Of a DNA stretch of 24,361 bases, positions 17,189 to 24,361 are shown one piece after another (positions within the stretch are counted from its first letter, which is position 1; the number at the start of each line of letters is the position of its first letter). Position numbers and translations under genes: made by a program. Below the pieces are notes generated by a model. That model worked only from the letters and a program-made list of their open reading frames with translations. It was not told the DNA's origin and made no database searches. The DNA comes from Halobacteriaceae archaeon. Lineage in GTDB: Archaea; Halobacteriota; Halobacteria; Halobacteriales; Halobacteriaceae. The stretch covers positions 1 through 24,361 of the forward strand of contig JBDGTS010000036.1 of assembly GCA_042216675.1 (NCBI GenBank). Reading direction: 5' to 3'.

Positions 17189-18820
17189 ATGACCGAGCGA
17201 CCCATCCCCAAGGGCGTGAGCCCCGAGACGTTCCGCGAGGTGGTCGCCGGGTGGGCGGCCGTCGGCGCGGACGAGGAACCGCGATACACCGCCGACGTGG
17301 AGGAGGAGACGGGCATCTCCGACGCCGTGGGGCGACAGACGCGCTTCCTCGAATCGCTGGGCGTCCTCGGACGCGACGGCCAGCGCCACCGCCTCACCGA
17401 CGCGGGGGCGGAGTTCGCCCGCGCCCTCGACGAGGGGGAGACCGACCGGGCACGCGAATCGCTGCGGGACCTCCTCGCGGACTGGCCGGTCACCGAGGAC
17501 GTGCGAGGCCTCCTGCGCGGCAACCCCACCGACCGCGAGCAATTGGTCCGCCACCTCGCGGTGCTGACCGAACAGGACCGCGACGAGAGCCGTGTCTCCT
17601 CGGGGCTGGGGACCCTGCTCGACCTGTACGACTGGGCGGGGGTCCTCGAACGCGACGACGCCGACCGGTACCGACTCCCCGAGGACCGGGCCGGCGTCGA
17701 GACGGAACTCGCGGAACTCCGCGACGAACTCGCCGCGACGCGCCGGGGCCTCGCGGCAGACGTCGAGTCGGTCCGCGACGACCTCGAAGCCGACGTCGAG
17801 GCGGCCCGCGAGGAGGCCCGCACGGACCGCCGGCAGACGGCGATGACGCTCGCGGAACTCGTCGCCGCGGCCGAGACGGCGCTGGAGGGCTCTCAGGAGG
17901 AGACCCGCGAGGCCGTCGCCGCGGCGCGGGACGCCCTCGAACGCGACGTGGCCGCCGCCGAGATGGACCTCGAAGCGGACCGCTCGGCGGTCGCCCCCGA
18001 AACCGAGGCGGGCGCCGCCCCGGGCGAGGGTGCCGAGGCGGCGGTGACCATCCGCTCGGCGGATGGCCCCGGCGTCGTTCTCGACGCGGGCGCGGCCCCC
18101 ATCGAAATCGACGTCGACGACGGGCCGACGTTCGAACTCGGCGCCGAGAGCGAGGACGAGTCCGAACCGGTCCCGGACGGCGGGCAGGTCATCGACCTCT
18201 CCGACGACGCCGAGGACGCCACGCTCGCCCTCGAACTCGACGCCGATACCGACGTCGAGATTCAGACCGGCGACGGCCCGGGCATCACCCTCGAACCCGG
18301 CGCCGAACCGGTCGCGATCGACCTCGGCGACGGGCCGACCATCGAACTCTCCGCGGCCGAAGCGGCCGAAGCGGCGGCGGAGACGGTCGAAGAAGCCGCC
18401 GAAGAAGCCGAGGAAGCGGCGGAGGAGGCAGAGGAGACGGCCGAGGAGACAGCGGAGGAGGCAGAAGAGGCGGCCGGCGAAGCCGAAGAAACCGCCGAGG
18501 AGGCGGCCGAGGCGACGGAGGAAGCGGCCGGAGAGGCCGCCGAAGCCACGGAGGAAGCGGCCGGTGAAGAGGCCGAGGACGTCGCCGACGAGGCCGAAAA
18601 CGCCGTCGAGGCGGCCGCCGAACAGGCCGCGGCGGCCACGAGCGACGCCGACGCCGACGTGTCGGCGTCCGTCCGGCCGCAGACGAGCCGCGAGGGCGAG
18701 GACGCCGTCGCCGTCTCGCTGGACCTCGCGCTCGACGCCGATCCGGCCGAGGTGGAGGGTCTCGTGGCGGCGTTGCGGGACGCGCTCCTCGAACCGGCGC
18801 TCTCCGGGGACGAGTCCTGA
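17189..18820 (+). CDS. Large acidic protein: tandem winged-helix N-terminus (DUF5343-like), coiled coil, duplicated beta-rich module, EA-rich repeat
   Basis: wHTH-like wings (FLESLGVL…HRLTDAG; LYDWAGVLERDDADRYRLP), typical codon usage and a T-rich box about 30 nt upstream. Confidence 0.8.
   Translation: MTERPIPKGVSPETFREVVAGWAAVGADEEPRYTADVEEETGISDAVGRQTRFLESLGVLGRDGQRHRLTDAGAEFARALDEGETDRARESLRDLLADWPVTEDVRGLLRGNPTDREQLVRHLAVLTEQDRDESRVSSGLGTLLDLYDWAGVLERDDADRYRLPEDRAGVETELAELRDELAATRRGLAADVESVRDDLEADVEAAREEARTDRRQTAMTLAELVAAAETALEGSQEETREAVAAARDALERDVAAAEMDLEADRSAVAPETEAGAAPGEGAEAAVTIRSADGPGVVLDAGAAPIEIDVDDGPTFELGAESEDESEPVPDGGQVIDLSDDAEDATLALELDADTDVEIQTGDGPGITLEPGAEPVAIDLGDGPTIELSAAEAAEAAAETVEEAAEEAEEAAEEAEETAEETAEEAEEAAGEAEETAEEAAEATEEAAGEAAEATEEAAGEEAEDVADEAENAVEAAAEQAAAATSDADADVSASVRPQTSREGEDAVAVSLDLALDADPAEVEGLVAALRDALLEPALSGDES
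18352..18635 (+). repeat. Low-complexity in-frame E/A/T repeat (EEAAEEA-type)
   Basis: Codons are almost exclusively GAG/GAA/GCC/GCG/ACG; peptide AEAAEAAAETVEEAAEEAEEAAEEAEETAEET…. Confidence 0.85.
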
Positions 18821-18876
18821 GGGGGCGCCGGCGCGGACCGGGTGGATTTTAGTCGTCGGCTCCCCACCGTCACTGC

Positions 18877-19296
18877 ATGAACTACGAGGAAGTAGAGACG
18901 ACCCGCGAGTTCGTGGGGCGTCTCGACCACGGCGCAGACTGGCGGGCCGAAATCGAGAATCTCGCCGCCGACGAGGGCGTCGAGGCCGGCTGGTTCACGG
19001 CGATGGGGGCCGTGCAGGACGCCGAACTCTGGTACTACGACCAAGACGACCTCGAATACCACGACGTGACGTTCGACGAACCGCTCGAAGTGGCCGCCTG
19101 CGTCGGGAACATCGCAGACCTCGACGGCGACGTGTTCGCACACACGCACGCCGTCCTCTCGCGACGCTCCGGACAGACGCTCGCGGGCCACCTCGACCGC
19201 GCGACGGTCTGGGCCGGCGAGGTCCACCTTCGGGCGTTCGACACCGACCTCGTGCGCGAACACGACCCCGACACCGACCTCGACCTCTGGCTCTGA
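18877..19296 (+). CDS. PPC-domain (DUF296) protein
   Basis: GRLDHGAD, MGAV, EVAACVGNI and HTHAVLS…AGHL motif; 1 nt upstream of the DP2 start. Confidence 0.9.
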   Translation: MNYEEVETTREFVGRLDHGADWRAEIENLAADEGVEAGWFTAMGAVQDAELWYYDQDDLEYHDVTFDEPLEVAACVGNIADLDGDVFAHTHAVLSRRSGQTLAGHLDRATVWAGEVHLRAFDTDLVREHDPDTDLDLWL

Positions 19297-19297
19297 G

Positions 19298-22200
19298 ATG
19301 CGACCGGGCGACGAAGCGTACTTCGCGGAACTCGAAGCCGGCCTCGACGACGCACTCGGCGTCGCGAGCGACGCGAAGGAGCGCGGCCGCGACCCCAAGC
19401 CCGAGGTCGAGATTCCGGTCGCGGAGGACATGGCCGAACGCGTCGAGAAGATTCTCGACATCGCGGGCGTCGCCGAACGCGTCCGCGAACTCGAGGGCGA
19501 GATGTCCCGCGAGGAGGCTGCCCTCGAACTCGCCGCCGACTTCGCGGCGGGGCGCGTCGGCGACTACGAGACGAAAGCCGGCAAAGTCGAGGGCGCGGTC
19601 CGCACCGCCGTCGCCCTCCTGACAGAGGGCGTCGTCGCGGCGCCCATCGAGGGCATCGACCGCGTGGAACTCCTCGAAAACGACGACGGCACGGAGTTCG
19701 TCAACGTCTACTACGCCGGGCCGATTCGCTCCGCGGGCGGCACCGCACAGGCGCTCTCCGTCCTCGTCGCCGACTACACCCGCGCCCTCGTCGGCATCGA
19801 GGAGTACCGCGCCCGCGACGACGAAATCGAGCGCTACGCCGAGGAGGTGGCCCTCTACGACAAGGGCACCGGCCTCCAGTACTCCCCGAAGGAGAAGGAG
19901 ACGAAGTTCATCGCGGAGAACGCGCCCATCATGCTCGACGGGGAGGCCACCGGCGACGAGGAGGTGTCGGGCTTCCGGGACCTCGAACGCGTCGACACGA
20001 ACAACCCTCGCGGCGGGATGTGTCTCGTCCTCGCGGAGGGCATCGCGCTGAAGGCGCCGAAGATTCAGCGCTACACCCGCGAACTCGACGAGGTCGACTG
20101 GCCGTGGCTCCAAGACCTCATCGACGGCACCATCGGCGAGAGCGACGACGAAGACGAGGGCGAGGACGCCACCGCCAACGAGGGGAGCGACGACGAGGAC
20201 GCCGCGCCCGACGGCCCGCCGCGCGTCGAACCGAACGAGAAGTACCTCCGAGACCTCATCGCCGGACGCCCCGTCTTCGGCCACCCCGGCGAGACGGGCG
20301 GCTTCCGCCTGCGGTACGGCCGTGCGCGCAACCACGGGTTCGCCACGGCGGGCGTCCACCCCGCGACGATGCACCTCGTGGACGACTTCCTCGCGACGGG
20401 GACACAGATAAAGACCGAACTGCCCGGCAAGGCCGCGGGGGTCGTCCCGGTGGACTCCATCGACGGCCCGACGGTGCGCCTCGCGAACGGCGACGTGCGG
20501 CAAATCGACGACCCCGACGAGGCGCTGGAAATCCGCAACGGCGTCGAGGCTATCCTCGACGTCGGCGAGTACCTCGTCAACTACGGCGAGTTCGTCGAGA
20601 ACAACCACGAACTCGCGCCAGCCTCCTACACCGTCGAGTGGTGGGTGCAGGACTTCGCCGAGGCTGGCGCCGACGTGCAGGCTCTCCGAGACGCCCCGCG
20701 CGTGGATCTCGACGACCCCGACCCCGAGCGGGCGCTCTCGTGGGCCAGCGACTACGACGCACCGCTTCACCCCGCACATACGTACCTGTGGCACGACGTA
20801 ACCGTCGACCAGTTCGAGACGCTGGCCGACGCCGTCGGCGACGCGGACTTCGCCGTGGCGGACGGCGCGGGCGCGGCGGCCCCCTCGCAGGCCGACCCCT
20901 CGGAACGCGTTCTCGTCCTCGACCGCACCGAGACCCTCACGGAGACGCTGGAGGCACTTCTCGTCGAACACACCCAGACCGAGCGCGAACTCCGGGTCCC
21001 CGACTGGCGCCCCCTCGTCCGCACCCTCGGGTTCTCGACGGACCTCGTGCGCGAGTGGGAGACGCTCCCCGAGGACGCCCGCGAGTGGCCCAACGCCATG
21101 CGCGCCGTCGAGGCCGTCGCCCCCTTCGCGGTCAGGGAGCGCGCCCCGACCCGCATCGGCAACCGGATGGGGCGCCCCGAGAAGTCAGAGAGCCGCGAAC
21201 TGTCGCCCGCGGTCCACACCCTGTTCCCCATCGGCGAGGCCGGCGGCAATCAGCGCGACGTGTCGAAAGCGTCCACCCACGCCGAGGGGATGAACGACAC
21301 GCCCGGCGAGGTGACGGTCGAACTCGGGGAGCGCGACTGCCCGGACTGTGGCACCGAGACGTTCTGGGCGCGGTGTCCCGACTGCGGGAGCCACACCGAC
21401 CCCCACTACGAGTGCTGGGAGTGCGGTCGCGAGTGCGAACCCGACGAGTCCGGCCGCGTCGAGTGCCCCCGGTGTGAGCGCGAGGTGGACAGCGTCGCCC
21501 AGCAGACGGTCGACCTGCGCTCGGTGTACCGCGACGCCCTCGACTCGGTGGGGGAGCGAGAGAGCGCCTTCGACGTGCTGAAGGGCGTCAAGGGGCTCTC
21601 CTCGTCCTCGAAGGTCCCCGAACCCATCGAGAAGGGCGTCCTCCGCGCCAAGCACGGCGTCTCCTCGTTCAAGGACGGCACCGTGCGCTACGACATGACC
21701 GACCTCCCGGTGACGGCGGTCCGCGCCTCGGAACTCGACGTGACCGTCGAGCAACTCCGCTCGCTGGGCTACGAGGCGGATATTCACGGGGACCCGCTCC
21801 GGCACGCCGACCAACTCGTCCACCTCCGCGTGCAGGACGTGGTGCTCTCGGACGGCGCCGCCGAGCACATGCTCAAGACGGCGGACTTCGTGGACGACCT
21901 GCTGGAATCGTACTACGGCCTCGACCCGTTCTACGACGTGGACGAGCGGGATGACCTCGTGGGCGAACTCGTCTTCGGGATGGCGCCTCACACGTCCGCG
22001 GCGGTGGTCGGCCGAGTGGTCGGGTTCACGAGCGCCGCCGTCGGCTACGCGCATCCGTACTTCCACGCCGCGAAGCGCCGGAACTGCTTCCACCCCGAGA
22101 CGAAGGTGTGGTACGAGGACGAGAACGGTGCGTGGCACCACGAGGCCATCGAGACGCTGGTCGAGGAGCGACTCGACGACCCTCGCGAGGACGACTTTGG

Positions 22201-24346
22201 GACGCTCGTGCAGGACCTCGACGGCGACGTGTCCGTGCCGTCGCTGAACGACGACGGGGAGTTTTGTCGCAAACCGGTCGAAGCGGTTTCGAAGCATCCC
22301 GCACCCGACCACATGGTTTCTCTCGAAACCCGAAGTGGACGAGAGATTACGGTAACTCCCGACCACGACGTTCACGTGTTCGATGGGGGCGAAATCACCG
22401 CCAAGCGGGCTAGTGAGGTCACGGAATCGGACTCGCTGGTGACGCCGACGGAGGTACCGGTCTCGGGTGACGATACGGAGTGGGACCTCCTCGACAAGTT
22501 CGTCGCGAGTGACGAGGTCCCAAACGAGTCGCTCATGGTGAAGGGGCTGCCCAAGGACACCCTCTATGACCTCTTCGCGGACGCACTCGAAGACGACTGG
22601 ACCGGTCGCTTCTACCCCCTCAAGAGCACGGCTGAGTTTCTCGGACTCACGAAGAAGGCCCTGAGTAACTACGTCTACCGGGAGAGCGTTCCGGTCTCAC
22701 TGCTCCTCACGCTGTTCGACTCCTCTCGCGCCGTCGTAGAGCGGATTCCCGACGACGTGACGCTCGGAATGAAGCGGGATTCCGTCGAAATCGAGCGATA
22801 CGTAACTCTCGACGAGGACTTCGCGACGCTGCTCGGCTACTACACGGCGGAGGGCTTCGCCCGGGAACAGGAGACGCCGAAGGGAACGATTCATCAGACG
22901 ACGGTTTCAGGTGTCGAACCGGAAGCGCGAGAGTTCTTCGTGGACACGTTCGAGGCCGCACTCGGCGTCGACGCGTACCGCGAGAACGACGTGAAAGTCA
23001 CCGTTTCGGGTCGTCTTCCCAGGGTCCTCTTCGAGACCATCCTCGATTGTGGGGAGGATGCCCTCAGCAAGCGCGTTCCGCCGTGTCTTTTCGATGCCCC
23101 CGACGAGATAGTCACGTCGTATCTCGGCGGCTACTTCAGCGGTGACGGTACGGTCGACAAGAACGTCCTCGAAGTTTCGGCGACGACTGTCAGCCGGGAA
23201 CTGAAAGAGGACCTGCTCGCGTTACTGACCCGTCTCGGCATCACGGCGCGCGTCACGACGACTGACCCCGTTCCGCTGGTGGAGAAATTCCCCGACTTCT
23301 ACGACGTCGACGACGCGTCGATGTCCGCGAAGTCGTACGTGCTTCACATCACATCCACGGACGCCGTTCGGTTTGCGGACGCCGTGGACCTCCACCTCTC
23401 ACGGAAACGGGAGCGGCTCTCGACGCACGTGGATACCATCGACCCGAGCGGCCGTCGCGTCTTCGATGGCGGGAGCGGGGAGTACCTCGTCGACGAAGTG
23501 ACTGCGGTCTCGCACGTCGAATCTGACACTGACCACACGTACTGTCTCACGGTCCAAGGCACGCACTCGCTCGTCGCCAACGACACCTCGCAAAAGCAGT
23601 GCGACGGCGACGAAGACTGCGTGATGCTCCTGATGGACGGCCTGCTCAACTTCTCGAAGGCCTACCTGCCCGACAAGCGCGGCGGGCGGATGGACGCGCC
23701 CCTCGTGATGTCCTCGCGCATCGACCCCTCGGAGATCGACGACGAGGCGCACAACATGGACATCGTGGACCGCTACCCCCGGGAGTTCTACGAGGCCACG
23801 CGCGAGCTGGCCGACCCCGGCGAGGTGGACGTCGAAATCGCCGAGGAGACGCTGGGCACCGACCGGCAGTACGCCGGCTTCGACCACACCCACGACACGG
23901 GCGACATCGCCCTCGGCCCGGACCTCTCGGCGTACAAGACGCTCGGGTCGATGACGGAGAAGATGGACGCCCAACTCGAACTCGCGCGGAAACTCCGCGC
24001 CGTCGACGAGACGGACGTGGCCGAACGGGTCATCGAGTACCACTTCCTGCCGGACCTCATCGGCAACCTCCGGGCGTTCTCCAGTCAGGAGACCCGCTGT
24101 CGCGACTGCGGCACGAAGTACCGCCGGGTCCCCCTCTCCGGCGACTGCCGGGAGTGTGGCGGCGAGGTGTCGCTCACCGTCCACGAGGGCTCGGTGTCGA
24201 AGTACATGGACACCGCCATCGAAGTCGCTGAGGAGTACGGCTCTCGGGAGTACACGAAACAGCGCCTCGAAATTCTGGAGCGCTCGCTGGAGCGCATCTT
24301 CGAGAACGACAAGAACAAGCAATCGGGGATTGCGGACTTCATGTAG
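19298..24346 (+). CDS. polC: DNA polymerase D large subunit DP2 (intein-containing precursor, 1682 aa; about 1177 aa spliced)
   Basis: LLTEGVVAAPIEGI, GPIRSAGGTAQA, GGFRLRYGR, RIGNRMGRPEK, FKDGTVRYD, APHTSA, catalytic CDGDED, Zn fingers and C-terminal QSGIADFM. Confidence 0.98.
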   Translation: MRPGDEAYFAELEAGLDDALGVASDAKERGRDPKPEVEIPVAEDMAERVEKILDIAGVAERVRELEGEMSREEAALELAADFAAGRVGDYETKAGKVEGAVRTAVALLTEGVVAAPIEGIDRVELLENDDGTEFVNVYYAGPIRSAGGTAQALSVLVADYTRALVGIEEYRARDDEIERYAEEVALYDKGTGLQYSPKEKETKFIAENAPIMLDGEATGDEEVSGFRDLERVDTNNPRGGMCLVLAEGIALKAPKIQRYTRELDEVDWPWLQDLIDGTIGESDDEDEGEDATANEGSDDEDAAPDGPPRVEPNEKYLRDLIAGRPVFGHPGETGGFRLRYGRARNHGFATAGVHPATMHLVDDFLATGTQIKTELPGKAAGVVPVDSIDGPTVRLANGDVRQIDDPDEALEIRNGVEAILDVGEYLVNYGEFVENNHELAPASYTVEWWVQDFAEAGADVQALRDAPRVDLDDPDPERALSWASDYDAPLHPAHTYLWHDVTVDQFETLADAVGDADFAVADGAGAAAPSQADPSERVLVLDRTETLTETLEALLVEHTQTERELRVPDWRPLVRTLGFSTDLVREWETLPEDAREWPNAMRAVEAVAPFAVRERAPTRIGNRMGRPEKSESRELSPAVHTLFPIGEAGGNQRDVSKASTHAEGMNDTPGEVTVELGERDCPDCGTETFWARCPDCGSHTDPHYECWECGRECEPDESGRVECPRCEREVDSVAQQTVDLRSVYRDALDSVGERESAFDVLKGVKGLSSSSKVPEPIEKGVLRAKHGVSSFKDGTVRYDMTDLPVTAVRASELDVTVEQLRSLGYEADIHGDPLRHADQLVHLRVQDVVLSDGAAEHMLKTADFVDDLLESYYGLDPFYDVDERDDLVGELVFGMAPHTSAAVVGRVVGFTSAAVGYAHPYFHAAKRRNCFHPETKVWYEDENGAWHHEAIETLVEERLDDPREDDFGTLVQDLDGDVSVPSLNDDGEFCRKPVEAVSKHPAPDHMVSLETRSGREITVTPDHDVHVFDGGEITAKRASEVTESDSLVTPTEVPVSGDDTEWDLLDKFVASDEVPNESLMVKGLPKDTLYDLFADALEDDWTGRFYPLKSTAEFLGLTKKALSNYVYRESVPVSLLLTLFDSSRAVVERIPDDVTLGMKRDSVEIERYVTLDEDFATLLGYYTAEGFAREQETPKGTIHQTTVSGVEPEAREFFVDTFEAALGVDAYRENDVKVTVSGRLPRVLFETILDCGEDALSKRVPPCLFDAPDEIVTSYLGGYFSGDGTVDKNVLEVSATTVSRELKEDLLALLTRLGITARVTTTDPVPLVEKFPDFYDVDDASMSAKSYVLHITSTDAVRFADAVDLHLSRKRERLSTHVDTIDPSGRRVFDGGSGEYLVDEVTAVSHVESDTDHTYCLTVQGTHSLVANDTSQKQCDGDEDCVMLLMDGLLNFSKAYLPDKRGGRMDAPLVMSSRIDPSEIDDEAHNMDIVDRYPREFYEATRELADPGEVDVEIAEETLGTDRQYAGFDHTHDTGDIALGPDLSAYKTLGSMTEKMDAQLELARKLRAVDETDVAERVIEYHFLPDLIGNLRAFSSQETRCRDCGTKYRRVPLSGDCRECGGEVSLTVHEGSVSKYMDTAIEVAEEYGSREYTKQRLEILERSLERIFENDKNKQSGIADFM
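22085..23599 (+). mobile_element. Intein (505 aa) with LAGLIDADG homing endonuclease in DP2
   Basis: It interrupts HAAKRRN|CDGDED, begins CFHPET, has block B TPDH and LAGLIDADG blocks LLGYYTAEG (22829-22855) and YLGGYFSGDG (23120-23149), and ends TYCLTV…HSLVAND…QKQ before Cys+1. Confidence 0.95.
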
Positions 24347-24349
24347 GGG

Positions 24350-24354
24350 TTTTT
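24350..24354 (+). terminator. T-tract terminator candidate after DP2
   Basis: TTTTT 3 nt after the TAG; archaeal termination favours U-tracts. Confidence 0.45.
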
Positions 24355-24361
24355 GGTCCAG

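Noticed and set aside
18352-18635. Periodic DNA that could be mistaken for a CRISPR array or satellite
   Set aside because: It is an in-frame coding repeat with synonymous variation and no constant repeat-spacer structure.
22410-22413. CTAG tetranucleotide (usually avoided in haloarchaea) inside the intein as a foreignness marker
   Set aside because: CTAG also occurs in host regions of this window (e.g. 633, 3356, 6138, 13663), so it is uninformative.
137-24322. Many long alternative-frame and antisense ORFs (e.g. 661-2115+, 3389-5455+, 5030-7342-, 10691-12997+, 14587-16191+, 16888-18567+, 18995-20971-)
   Set aside because: They are shadows of real genes caused by high GC3 and stop-codon scarcity: Arg/Pro/Gly-rich or mirror-codon products with no family motifs.

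Overview
This is a GC-rich haloarchaeal (Halobacteria-like) chromosomal core segment encoding acidic proteins, mostly with leaderless TATA-type promoters. It carries about 23 CDS: three CBS-only proteins, an ABC half-transporter divergent from an HxlR regulator, small conserved proteins, a membrane J-domain protein, the hel308-cgi121 pair, an MFS transporter, a [3Fe-4S]-type ferredoxin, mdh, an autoantigen-p27-like Zn-finger protein, hef, a CBS-glyS-dolichol kinase operon, a large acidic winged-helix protein, a PPC/DUF296 protein and the DNA polymerase D large subunit. The polymerase is interrupted by a 505-aa LAGLIDADG intein that ends in Gln. The most striking non-coding signal is a pair of co-oriented, near-perfect origin recognition boxes (TCCA-N3-GAAAC-GAA-G-string) at 63-86 and 640-662. 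They flank a CBS gene, and the window has no cdc6/orc1 gene, AT-rich unwinding element or inverted partner box. I also found a 38-aa membrane ORF missing from the ORF track. No rRNA, tRNA, CRISPR array or IS element was seen. All family assignments come from motif recognition only; no searches were run.
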